Assembly (NCBI GenBank): GCA_977862235.1
Contig: OZ374562.1
Coordinates: forward strand, 1,054,001 to 1,118,000
DNA length: 64,000 nt
DNA from: Dudresnaya verticillata
Taxonomy: Eukaryota
Direction: 5' to 3'
A program made the position numbers and the translations under genes. The notes below the pieces were generated by a model. It made no database searches. It had not been told where the DNA came from and was given only the letters and a program-made list of their open reading frames with translations. Below are positions 47,878-58,144 of this stretch, piece after piece. How positions within the stretch are numbered: position 1 is the stretch's first letter; the number at the start of each line of letters is the position of its first letter.

Positions 47878-50800
47878 CTAACTTGGTTTGCGCTTCTTGG
47901 TCGTTCTGTGCACGGGACTCAAATCCTCGCGTTTGCGCTTCTGACCAACACAGTTTTGGTCATCTAAGACATCCAGAAATGCCTTCAGACTATCTAGGAG
48001 TCGGGCTTGCACGCCCGCATTCCAACGCTTCACACTCAATCCTGACTCAATTCGGGCTTTGTGCAACCTGTAGACCTCGGGACCAAGTCGAGTCTTGAGG
48101 ACATCCGGTTTTCCGGGAAATGACCCACAATACCATCGAATCCCGGCATCTCGCAGCTTACGATCCCTAATGTGTAGAATCGGAACGAATCCAGAGTCGG
48201 GAACTGGAATGCGCCGCCGACGTTGGCGACACAGGCCCTCCCACGAATCACGGAGATCCTGGTTCCTCATGTCCAGAGGACTCTTATTCTGCGCCCGGAA
48301 ACTTCGGAATTCTAACATATCTGTCATGGCGAGTACGTCGCCACGGTTGCGGTGAGCTCCTTTTGTGAGGCGTTTACCAAGACTGCGAAGGCGCAGACGG
48401 ATACGCTGCAACCAGTCCGGCAGCTTGGCCATCTTCAAATGACGTGGTAGGCGCCCGCGGATGCGGCCACTACGAGGCCACATAGGCTCTTTGGCAATGC
48501 ACCCAAGTGCAAATTCTGCCACTTTGTAGTCCAGCAACTCGAGTTGATGACTCAAATCGCACTTGCCGGCCGTGTCGATCGGCATCAAATGGGTGCTAAA
48601 GTCCGCAACTGGGTAGATATACGTGCGGCAGATGTCCACAAGTCGTGCGCTAGGCACATATTTGCGGTGTACGCCGACCGCCTTGAGTAAGTTTAGGCGT
48701 TGATGAGCCGCCTTAACGCGTTCCAAATTCTTGTCAGGTGCCAGTTTGGTACCTTTCAGAGTCACTCCCAGGTACTTTGCAGTGTCTACCACGTCAATTT
48801 TCTGACCATTCAGGTAGTACATTGCTCGTTTGGTGCAGTTTTCGGGCTCCAAAACATGGCATTTTGAAGTTCCCCACTGCATACCTTCAAGATCAGCCCA
48901 TTTCGTGGACGCATCTAAGGCCGTTTGGAGGCCGGTACTAGTCTTGGATCGGAGCTTGACGTCGTCAGCAAAGATCGTAATGTCGATTTCTTCAGCACTT
49001 TCGGAGGCCGACATTGACAAATCCATGAACTCAGGATACGAGTCCATGTTGACATTGTACAAAGTCGGACTCGAAGACACGCCTTGAGGCACACCCCGCG
49101 ACACAATTGCAGTGGTGCCGGTGATATCGCCCTTGGTAACTACTGTTGCTGGTTGTAACTCCAGAGCGACCATTGCCGCCGTGGTAGGTGACATCTTCTG
49201 ATTCACTTTCGACATCAACCGCTCGCGGGGTACTGTATCGTATGCCGACTTCAAGTCGAGCACGGCCGTGTACCGGAATCCAGCTTTTGTGCTGGCTGCA
49301 TGCCTTAAGATGGCGGTTTCGGTACCAGTTTTCTCACGGAACCCCAACTGAGTCGGATGAAACTGGTACTCCCTACGAATCATAGACGCGATTGCCTTTG
49401 AAAGCATTTGTCGTCCGTGCGACACTAGCGCAATCGGTCGATAGCTGGTTGGGTCCGATTTGGGACCCCGTTTGTAAATTGGCACCAGCAGGGATGTTTG
49501 CCAATCTTGCAATAGGTACCCGAGCTGACTGCATTTCACCCAAAAGAGTCCCAAGACATGCGCAAAGGACTTTGGGGCGACCTGGAATGCTTCGCTGAAG
49601 ACTTCATCCGTGCCTGTGGCCTTCTTCGGTTTGGCCTTGACTATAGCACGGAAAACGTGAGATTCGAAGTTTCGGGAAGTTTCGAAGGGCACAATGGGCG
49701 GAATATGTCCTTTTCCAGCCCCTGTCGCGAGGTGTTTTGTAAAGTTGGCCAGGTCCAACTTCCCAATTGGTTGGTCTCTCCGAGAACCAAGTGGGCCGGA
49801 TGCGTTTCGGAGCACGGCCTTAACCATTTTGGGACCATCAGTAGGGTCGGAGGACAGGAGAGCTTCTGTCAAACGCAACTTGCATCGCCGTTTATTGCGA
49901 TGCACAAGTGCGCGAACCCGTCGATTGAGGGTCTTGTACTGTTCCCAAGCCTCCGACGTCATGAGTTGAGTGGCTTGTTTGTACTTCTTCGACCGCAATT
50001 TCTTCAGATGATCGAGGTGCCCGTCCCAAAAGTACTTGTAACGACGGGGACGATGTTTGCGGGCAGACTCCCAAGGTTGCAAAGTCATGGCTTTCAGCCG
50101 TGAGTACGCGTCCTCCAATTCTTGCGATGTTGTGCACGACGTGATTTCACTGGCAGTGTTCGGAATCTCTTGACGATAGAGATCGGCAGCCTGACGAAGA
50201 AAGGTCGGCTGGCGACGTTGACTTTGGGGAATGCGGGGTATGCCAAGTTTGTAAACGGGGGTGTCCACAATGTTTGCTCGAACTGCAGAATGATCACTGG
50301 CGCCATCCCACAGACCGGAATGAATTTTGGCATCCGGGATGTCAACACCCTTAGTAAGGAAGAGGTCAACAGTACTGGTGCCTTGATGAGCTGCAAACGT
50401 TGGTGAGGGCGGGGCGTGGACGCACCAACGATGCGCGGTCGTCCATTCAACCAACCATTTACCATGTTGGTTCGAAGTAGTGTCCCAACGTGTGTGACGG
50501 GCATTGAAGTCGCCCATGATGACTGTCTTACCGCGAGTGGAGGACTGTACGCGGTCCAGACAATCAAAGAAGGTGGTCTTCTGTAGATGGGGGCGGAGGT
50601 ATATCATGGCGATATGGGTTCCCCCAACCCGGATTGCTAAAACTTGATAGTCGATTTGAGAATGGCGGAGAATCACAGAGGAATTCACAAGGGGGGCAAC
50701 CTTCAGAGCCACCCCACCTTGTCCGCGCCACCCACCATGATCTTGAACGACGGAGACGGACTCGTCGAATTGCCGTGAAGCTCGGAGATCCTGAGGACGA

Positions 50801-50940
50801 ATCCAGGTTTCACAGAGACCAAGGATGTGGACGGTGGATGCCAAGGCCTCGACTTCGGCTTCTTTCCCTTGAACGCCATGGACGTTAAACGTTGCCAGAG
50901 ACAACTTTTCAGATTCTAAGGGTACAGATCGGCAACTCAA
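47878..50940 (-). CDS. LINE ORF2: APE endonuclease + reverse transcriptase (1020 aa)
   Basis: LATFNVHG, LGLCETW, MGDFNARH, TVDLF, SDH, YRPIAL, QLGFR, LDLKSAYDTV, GVPQG, FADD, KYLGV. Basic NLS-like C-terminus. Confidence 0.95.
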   Translation of the reverse strand: MSCRSVPLESEKLSLATFNVHGVQGKEAEVEALASTVHILGLCETWIRPQDLRASRQFDESVSVVQDHGGWRGQGGVALKVAPLVNSSVILRHSQIDYQVLAIRVGGTHIAMIYLRPHLQKTTFFDCLDRVQSSTRGKTVIMGDFNARHTRWDTTSNQHGKWLVEWTTAHRWCVHAPPSPTFAAHQGTSTVDLFLTKGVDIPDAKIHSGLWDGASDHSAVRANIVDTPVYKLGIPRIPQSQRRQPTFLRQAADLYRQEIPNTASEITSCTTSQELEDAYSRLKAMTLQPWESARKHRPRRYKYFWDGHLDHLKKLRSKKYKQATQLMTSEAWEQYKTLNRRVRALVHRNKRRCKLRLTEALLSSDPTDGPKMVKAVLRNASGPLGSRRDQPIGKLDLANFTKHLATGAGKGHIPPIVPFETSRNFESHVFRAIVKAKPKKATGTDEVFSEAFQVAPKSFAHVLGLFWVKCSQLGYLLQDWQTSLLVPIYKRGPKSDPTSYRPIALVSHGRQMLSKAIASMIRREYQFHPTQLGFREKTGTETAILRHAASTKAGFRYTAVLDLKSAYDTVPRERLMSKVNQKMSPTTAAMVALELQPATVVTKGDITGTTAIVSRGVPQGVSSSPTLYNVNMDSYPEFMDLSMSASESAEEIDITIFADDVKLRSKTSTGLQTALDASTKWADLEGMQWGTSKCHVLEPENCTKRAMYYLNGQKIDVVDTAKYLGVTLKGTKLAPDKNLERVKAAHQRLNLLKAVGVHRKYVPSARLVDICRTYIYPVADFSTHLMPIDTAGKCDLSHQLELLDYKVAEFALGCIAKEPMWPRSGRIRGRLPRHLKMAKLPDWLQRIRLRLRSLGKRLTKGAHRNRGDVLAMTDMLEFRSFRAQNKSPLDMRNQDLRDSWEGLCRQRRRRIPVPDSGFVPILHIRDRKLRDAGIRWYCGSFPGKPDVLKTRLGPEVYRLHKARIESGLSVKRWNAGVQARLLDSLKAFLDVLDDQNCVGQKRKREDLSPVHRTTKKRKPS

Positions 50941-52034
50941 TTCGAACTTGGCGCCTCGTGCGCCGGGTGCGGGTCGGTTTGGGGGGTGTCGGGGGTGGTC
51001 GTGTCGACGGCCATGGGGTCGGCGGACAAGTCAGGCGAGTCAGCAGTGCCGTCAACAAGATCCGCAGAATCATATCCGCTGTCCTCGGAGTCCGAGGACT
51101 CCACATCATGGGCAACGTTGTACACTTCGGCAATGCGTTGCTCAGCTTTCTGAAGATTTTGAGTGTACCAAGCCTTGGCAGCTGGGTTGACACACGTGTC
51201 CACCAGCCGTTGGAGGCGGGATTGCGCTTTCTCCAGATTGGAAACTGCACGATCCTGCTTGGTGCGATCGTTCGACTTCTTCAGGTTGTCGCCGAAAAGG
51301 TCGAAATTCTTGATGTGAATTGTGCCTATGATGCGCAGCTTGGCGACAATTTGGTCCACCAAACCTTCATGGCAAACGATTTCAATGACAGACTGTCCGA
51401 TGAAGGAAAGACCGAGGATGGACCATGGGTGAGGAAGCATGTACCTCAAGGCTGTGCGGACTTTGCCAAGGCGGGCCCGCTTGATATTTCGGAAGTAAAC
51501 GGCCGTCGGCTTCGGCTGCGGAGTCGATATTTCGAGCAACTCTAAGCACTTGCGGACACCCTCCTGCGAGTTCTCGGAGACGTCAGAGAGACGAGGGCGG
51601 GGCGCGGCAGCGATTTGTGCCCAACTCTTTTTCGGGGAGGCAGCCTTGTTGGACTGAGGACGAGGCGGCACAGGTGCGGCGGCCGCTGGCTTCGGAGCTT
51701 TGATCTTGTACTGAAAAGCGCCGGTTTTGCGTACCGCTGGTGGGGCCTCAGAAGCAACGGGCTCAGGTCGAATTGGCGCTGCAGCGGGTGCGTCATCCGA
51801 GTGGGGGACTTTCGCGGCCTCGAGTTCCTGGATGCGGTCATTGGCTCGAGTTAACTGACCAACCAGAACTGCTTGCGTCTTGCTTAGCTCGGCTTGATTC
51901 GCACTGAGAGTCTCAAGCATGTGCATCATGCGGTCCCAGTCCTTCTTCGAAACGGTCACTGTAGGATCGTGATCCGTCATTGTGCTGTCCGCAGCAATAG
52001 GGGAGGGAATGGGAGGATTCATCGGGGGATTCAT
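50937..52034 (-). CDS. LINE ORF1 (365 aa)
   Basis: ATG start, N-terminal coiled-coil-like region, KSWAQIAA motif, acidic tail. Abuts ORF2. No CCHC knuckle seen. Confidence 0.85.
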   Translation of the reverse strand: MNPPMNPPIPSPIAADSTMTDHDPTVTVSKKDWDRMMHMLETLSANQAELSKTQAVLVGQLTRANDRIQELEAAKVPHSDDAPAAAPIRPEPVASEAPPAVRKTGAFQYKIKAPKPAAAAPVPPRPQSNKAASPKKSWAQIAAAPRPRLSDVSENSQEGVRKCLELLEISTPQPKPTAVYFRNIKRARLGKVRTALRYMLPHPWSILGLSFIGQSVIEIVCHEGLVDQIVAKLRIIGTIHIKNFDLFGDNLKKSNDRTKQDRAVSNLEKAQSRLQRLVDTCVNPAAKAWYTQNLQKAEQRIAEVYNVAHDVESSDSEDSGYDSADLVDGTADSPDLSADPMAVDTTTPDTPQTDPHPAHEAPSSN

Positions 52035-53036
52035 GTTGTTTTTGGATTTTTTGGCGATTTTCTGTTGTTTTTGGGATTTTCAGGAAACTTTTTGAAGTTT
52101 GTAGAATGTTCTGGAACGTTTTGGTGAAATACGTGGAAGACGTGTACACGTCGGAAACGTGTCAGTAAGCTCGGAAATGAGCTCAGGAGGTGGCCCTGAG
52201 GGTGAAACGTGTACACGATGTACACGTGTTGAAATCGGGTTGGTCGCCTCCACGGAAGCAGATTGGGATAAGATCCAATTCGAATTGGATCAGACAGGCT
52301 GGCTCCACCGTCGTCGCCTACACGTGGCAAATTCAGCGAGTGGAGCCGTGACAAGCGCCAGTAACCGCTACTTAGGGCCTGTCGGGGACGAACTTCTTCC
52401 TCTTCTAACTCCGGAACCCGTCGTCCAATGCGAACGATCAGGCACTCCAGGGAGACCTTGGGGCCTTCTCTTCTCAGATCCGGCGCCTCCGACGGGTTTG
52501 GGCGCAGGATCTCTTGACCTTGGCGCCCCAAGCAACTCCTTCAAGATTCCGTAAAAACAGCTGTAACACTGTTTTTACGTTAGAAGGCGAGGGGATCCGT
52601 GTGTGACACAGGCCGAGAAGCGGTCACACACAGCTTTCTTGTCGCGTGGCCCCCAAGGACACTGGCGGAAGGGCCACAGGCACTCTTCTTTAACCGATAC
52701 ACCCGAAACCGGATGTACCGTTGTTCTAGTGCTGGCCTGCGCCCCGAGGTTCCGTTGGGTTGATGCGCGCTCAGACCCACGCGGCGCGTCGCAACGACGA
52801 TCACCGGCTCAGTCCCTGCTGCCCGTTGGGGGACTGAGAAAGGGTGTGCACTCGTCCAAAGCCGCCAGGCAATGGACCAAGCCCGCCGCAAGCCGTTTCG
52901 CCCTTTGCAGGGGTACTCCGAGTACGAACGAGCCGCCTTTCGACTTGTGCAAGTTCACTTAGGTCGCTTTGGTACCAGGGGTCCTTCCCGCAGCGCCTTC
53001 TCTCGACAGTATCTTCTTGGGGGCCATACACAAAAA

Positions 53037-53905
53037 CCGTGTCGGTGTTGTAACGAAGGCTTCGGTTCGATATGAATTAGTCCGAGTGCTTCCGAGGTCA
53101 CGGTGACTAGCTTCTGCGAATAACTCGGTATGGTGACGCGGCGGTTCAAACGAATGGTACGGGCATCTCGGTCCCAATCGTGGAGCTCACGTTGGTGTCG
53201 CTTCGATAGCGTTTTCTCGAATTTCTGCTTCGGATTTTTCGAATTAGTAGCGGGTGGAGCCGATCCAGCAATGCGGTTGATAATCGGAATCGTGCTTCCA
53301 CTCTTCGTGATGAGCCTCCGTGGGCTGAGCTCGATGCTTCGTAAATGCGCGTCCATCCACAAAGTTCCAAGGAGAACGTCGACTGCGAGTTTCTCCGCAA
53401 CCACGAAGGGTACGCGGTATCGAACATTCCCAAGGCGGACTGTCAGGTAAACGATACCATCGAGTCGCAACGGGGTGCGATCAGCGGACGCGAGCCGCGG
53501 AGCTGATTCCATCGTGGACGCGTTCGCTTCCCAACCGGTGGGTAACGCAGCCCGGGCTATTAGGTTGTAACCGGAACACGTATCGACTGAAATCGTATGC
53601 GGCGTCATTACGGAGGCATCGAGGCCAATGGATCCGGTCACGAGGAAGATATCCGAAGTCATCAAGCAAACGTATCCCTCGGTGGTAACTTCGGGTTCGG
53701 TCTTCGAGATCGGTTTCGTCTTCGAATTGTTTTCGCACGAAGCGTCTTTCGCGAGGACTCGACATCGCTTTCGGTCTCGTCGTCGTGCAGCGCGCTTCCT
53801 TCGCATCGTAGCGGCTCTCGGAATCGGAATACGCGGTGTGTCTCGGGGAACGGATTCAGACGAAGTACGTGACACAACGGGCGTCTTCGCCTTTACTCGT
53901 TTTCC
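53037..53905 (-). pseudogene. pol: Element D pol 5' part: aspartic protease
   Basis: ISVDTCSGYNLI...VDVLLGTLWMD, in the -1 frame relative to gag. Confidence 0.9.
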
Positions 53906-56343
53906 GAACTCGAACTAGAATCCGAATTGCGAGCGTCCGCGTCCAATGGGGAGGTTGCTCGATCAACTCTTCCGTTGTTCGCGGAGTCTTCGTAAGCCTC
54001 CGAGGGCAGGTTCGGGTGACTCGGCTCAATCGCGTCAACGTTTTCACGGACTGCGAGAACTGGTTGACGGCCCGGGGCCTGCGCGTGTCTCGGATTGCGG
54101 AGGACGGTCGGCGGTCCTCGACGCTCGAAGCTGACTTGACGCTGGGCTCGGTCCCTCGGGTAGCGCGTATCGCCTTGACGAAGATCTCGGTTTACGCGAT
54201 TGTCACGTGATCCTCGGGAGTCTTGTCCACGGTGACCTCGATTGTCAACGGACGCGAGCGAATTCCCTCTTGATGCGCCGCGATTCACGAAGTTATTACG
54301 CGTATACGGTCTCGTCTCGAGTTGGTACAAGTAGTTCTGGTACGCGCAATAGAGTTGTTGCTCCTTCGTGAGATACGGACACGAATACATGAGGTGACCG
54401 ATTTCGCGACAGAACCAACACGGCCACGCATCTTGATTATTCGGTATCATCGAATGCGCCATCTCGATTTGCTCCGGGGTCATCGGGGGGACACGCGCGG
54501 GTACGAAACGCTCGATGCGACTCGTGAGATCTAACGTATCGTCCACGGAGACCGTTGTCGAAGTAGTCGGTGTAGCGGATGTGGACCCGGGTCCTGAACG
54601 AATCATCATCACGGCCATTTGCGGGTCTTCGTTCATCGGGTACTCGTATTCACTCCCGGGAGTGTCACAAGCTTCGATAAGCATCGTGCGTCCGGGCGCT
54701 TGGCGACTCTTCGGGTACGTAGGAGACACTCGGTTCTTCGAATCACGCGACTGTTGGGCCGCGGTTTCACGTAGTTCGCGAGCTCGGAATGTCGTGCCTT
54801 CGGCTTGCGCGATTCGTTGCACGCTCATAAAATTCTTCTGCTCGGACACCGTTAAACGGCGAACCTGGTCGGCTACGATAGTATACGTAGTAGGTAGTAA
54901 TCCACGAATAAACTGGTGCGTTAACGAAGAGTCATCGTAGACACCGGAGCAGATATCCGCGTAGCCTTGCAAACGAGTCGCGAACTCCATCTCGGTTTCA
55001 TCGGACTTCTGCTTCGCGGTTATCACGCGATCGTGTGCGTCTGCGATTACGTCTTCCGTGAGAAATCGCTGTAGTAACACGTTCACGATCGCGGACCAGC
55101 AAACCGGGTTGCCGATACGAACGCCTCCGAAGGCATAGTGTTGATACACCTTGAGCGCGGTCTCATCGAGAAACCACGAAATCGTACGAACTGCTGCTCC
55201 TTCGATGAGCCCGACTCCGTTCAGCGCTTGTCGAATATCACGAAGAAATGCGAGAACCTTAATCGGGTCGCGTCCCGTAAACTTCTCGAGTCTCGGCATC
55301 ATCGAACGCATGCGTGAAATGGTTTTCGACGTGTTACCTCGGAATACTTCGTGTTGATTATCCCGAGGTGACGAATTCGTGAGTCGATACGATCGATAGC
55401 TTACGGCTCGCGCGAATTCGGGAATGAGCGTCGGTATCGGTTCGACGCCCGGCTCGAGCGGTCCCCAGAGCCAGAACGATGACACGGGTCCCGCGAGCGC
55501 TAAAGGATTTTCGATTACGGGTCCTCCGGGGGACATCGGTGGTTGAAGCGAATCTCGGAATACTGCGGGGTTGATACGGGGGTTGTCGGAGGCATCGGTT
55601 GCCTGATTCGATAAAGGGTGTGGGGACGGATTCAGATACGTGTTTTTCGGTAACGTAGATTGGGCACCCGGGCCTTGCACGGGTTGAACTAGCGGCGAAT
55701 TGCGGGGGTCAGGACGGGCTTCGGAAGGATCTTCGCGACTTCGAGACTTCGGTAACGCTGCGGACACGATGTCACGAATAGTGTTCAACTGTTCCTCGGA
55801 GAATGAGTGCGAGCTGCGAACGGGAAGCGAGTGACTCGCCTTTCCCACGGGGGCGGATACGTTGCGCTCGAGCACGAGAAACCGATTGCTGACTCCCGAG
55901 ACGAGATCCCGGAGACTCTCGAGTGAGTCTTCGATCCTACGGACCTTGCCAGCGCGGAGATTGTTGAACGCTTCGTGAACTCGATTGTGCGTATTACGAA
56001 TTGAAAGCTGCGTGATACGGTACGCGGTAGACAGCGCATCGATGACCTCTTCGTAGAGTAAACGTAGTTCTGAACCGGAGACGTGCTTTATCGAGAAGAG
56101 TCGATCGACGGTATCCGAGGGAACGATTTCTAACGGAGTGTACGTATACGAAAGGTCGGACTGGCTACCGTGAGCCTGCGAACGCGAGTCTGTGCGAAGA
56201 TCGGGTACCGTTATTCGTGAAGCGCGAGTGCGAGAAAACGGTTCTCGGTCACTCGCGTTCGAGTCGAACAACGGGAGCTCCGGAATCGGTACGTCATCGG
56301 GTTTCGGTACCGACGAATCGGGACGACTCGGAGCGTGAGACAT
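53893..56343 (-). CDS. gag: Element D gag (816 aa, open)
   Basis: ATG ~50 bp after the PBS. SYRSYRL, FTGRDPIKV, QKSDETEMEF, CWFCREIGHLMYSC knuckle. Confidence 0.92.
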   Translation of the reverse strand: MSHAPSRPDSSVPKPDDVPIPELPLFDSNASDREPFSRTRASRITVPDLRTDSRSQAHGSQSDLSYTYTPLEIVPSDTVDRLFSIKHVSGSELRLLYEEVIDALSTAYRITQLSIRNTHNRVHEAFNNLRAGKVRRIEDSLESLRDLVSGVSNRFLVLERNVSAPVGKASHSLPVRSSHSFSEEQLNTIRDIVSAALPKSRSREDPSEARPDPRNSPLVQPVQGPGAQSTLPKNTYLNPSPHPLSNQATDASDNPRINPAVFRDSLQPPMSPGGPVIENPLALAGPVSSFWLWGPLEPGVEPIPTLIPEFARAVSYRSYRLTNSSPRDNQHEVFRGNTSKTISRMRSMMPRLEKFTGRDPIKVLAFLRDIRQALNGVGLIEGAAVRTISWFLDETALKVYQHYAFGGVRIGNPVCWSAIVNVLLQRFLTEDVIADAHDRVITAKQKSDETEMEFATRLQGYADICSGVYDDSSLTHQFIRGLLPTTYTIVADQVRRLTVSEQKNFMSVQRIAQAEGTTFRARELRETAAQQSRDSKNRVSPTYPKSRQAPGRTMLIEACDTPGSEYEYPMNEDPQMAVMMIRSGPGSTSATPTTSTTVSVDDTLDLTSRIERFVPARVPPMTPEQIEMAHSMIPNNQDAWPCWFCREIGHLMYSCPYLTKEQQLYCAYQNYLYQLETRPYTRNNFVNRGASRGNSLASVDNRGHRGQDSRGSRDNRVNRDLRQGDTRYPRDRAQRQVSFERRGPPTVLRNPRHAQAPGRQPVLAVRENVDAIEPSHPNLPSEAYEDSANNGRVDRATSPLDADARNSDSSSSSENE

Positions 56344-58095
56344 CGTGTCTCGGATAGAAACGACTTACGAATAAATGCGAAACTTCGGGACCACGTTCTA
56401 GGTCGGGAGACAAGTGTGGTATAACGAAGTCCACGGAGACGCGGGGAAGTCTCGCACTGTAAGGAATGGCCTCGGAGCCTAACGAATGGCCTCGTAGCCT
56501 AACGGAGAAACGAAAAGGGGTGGTAGCGTGGTAGAGCGGAGCGACCAACACGAAGGACCACGGTGTCAACGTATTCGTGTGCGGAAGGGAGAATTCGCGC
56601 GATCGATCACCGGAGATGACTCCGGGTGCGCGGGGCTATCGAAAGCGAGGCTCGACCGTATCCGCGGTCACGAAGACGAAGACACCGAACTCGAAGAAAG
56701 AAGCGTTTACCGAAGACTGCGAGGTCCGGGCGCTAGTCGCTTATCGGGAACCCTCGGAGGTTGTGCCAGACGACTGGCTACTAAGTAGTACTACGTGAGC
56801 ACGAATGCGCGTCAACGCGGGAGACGGTTCGTACTCGAATGATTCGTAACGGCCTCGGTGCCAACGAACGGTCGCCGCACGTATGGTGGCGGTTGCGAAG
56901 TGCGCCAGCGATGCATACGGAGGCGCGCGTGTCTCGTGGGCTCCGGTGCCTTTACGCGCGGGAAACGACGGGAAAGTCACGAAGGTGTCAGCGATTTCGT
57001 ATCGGGTACGCGCTGTAATGCGAATGCCATCGTGGCGCGCGCGATCACGAAGTCGGATCGGGATTCATCCGGAGGTGTCAGCGATTTCGTATCACGTGCG
57101 TGCTGTAATGCGTATGCCATCGTGGCGCGCGCGCGGTATGCGCTCTGTAATACGTGTGCCATCGTGGCGTGCGCATTCACGAAGTCAGTTTGAAATTCGT
57201 ATTTCTCGGTTATTTTCACGTAGATCACGGAGTCATTTCACGAATCGCGTCTATTCCACACCACACTAAGAAGAAAAAAGTCCTTGCCAAGAAAGCTGTG
57301 GGCAAACTGAACACTGTCATACAGTCATCTCTCGATAAGAGTAACCAGTCCGTGGACCCAAGTTGGTTCCTCTAATAAGGGGGTGTCACTTAGTAAAAGG
57401 TAGAAAACATTTTAATATCAACCTGAAGAGAGTAAACAACCCTCATACCGCACAGTACTTAAAAATTCTACTGGAAGTAGTTCTCTATCCTAGTCTGCCT
57501 GGCAGATGTGCATGACTCCGCCTTGACAGCCCGCTGTGTCTGCGCAATACAACGTCTAAAGGGCGGCGTGTCCTCCCCATATGTCTCCGCAATTCGCTGG
57601 CATATGTTCTTTTTCTGGAGAATTGTGAGGGTGATAAGCGTCATGGTAGAGTGTCTGGGAGTTAGTCTACTCTAGCGTTGCCGTGAAAGGCGTTTCTGTT
57701 AAATAAGGCTACATTTCAGCTCTACCGCCGCGTTATCATCGCCTGGAGGCATTTAACGGTCGTTTTTTTACAATATGAACGTTGTAGTGGTGCCCCTCGG
57801 GCGTGAAATGTCGGTGTCAGATATCGAAAGTGGAACTACTGTTGTTTTTTTGATATAATTTCGCTTCTCCCAAGTGCGGAGACCCGTTTCGGTTTCTGTA
57901 ATAGGGGGGGTTCCCGTTATGACGGGTTTCACTAATCGAGAGATGACTGTATCTGATCACAGACATAGTGAAGAGGTCTACCATTTAACCAAAACCTACG
58001 AGAGAGTGTCCTATAACTTCTCTAAAGAATACAATCATATCGCAAACCAGCAATAGTCTTCAGTGTCTTCAGTGGATTAGTTTCATACACATAGC

Positions 58096-58144
58096 ACCAG
58101 TTCATGCAGTGTACCAGTTCATGCAGTGTACTAATTCATACATG
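58096..58144. repeat. 17-bp tandem repeat, two copies plus a degenerate third
   Basis: ACCAGTTCATGCAGTGT twice, then ACTAATTCATACATG. Confidence 0.85.

Larger units (their letters stand above)
47739..53036 (-). mobile_element. Full-length non-LTR retrotransposon (LINE), 5.3 kb, both ORFs open
   Basis: 8-bp TSD CCGTGTCG at 47731-47738 and 53037-53044. Excision restores D pol LQHRHGVWLTNG. 3' end AATAAATCACACATTT with no poly(A). Confidence 0.93.
39235..57265 (-). mobile_element. Gypsy element D, full length, chromodomain integrase, antisense accessory ORF, interrupted by a LINE
   Basis: 846-bp LTRs 39235-40080 and 56415-57260 differ at roughly a dozen sites by eye. PPT complement CCCCCCCTC 40084-40092. 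PBS complement 56396-56413. Confidence 0.95.
5442..58055 (+). mobile_element. Element A: old AT-rich chromodomain Gypsy retrotransposon hosting most nested insertions (outer boundaries uncertain)
   Basis: gag-PR-RT-RH-IN-chromo order is recovered after removing the TSD-flanked inserts. Stop at 57373-57375, PPT AAGGGGG at 57377-57383, then TG at 57384. 5688-5760 matches 57953-58025. TATAAATA at ~5645. TGTTGCAA (5442) and TTGCAACA (5781) form an inverted pair. Confidence 0.7.

Noticed and set aside
52031..52531. 166-aa ORF upstream of LINE ORF1
   Set aside because: TTG start, runs through the A-tract repeats, no recognisable motif.
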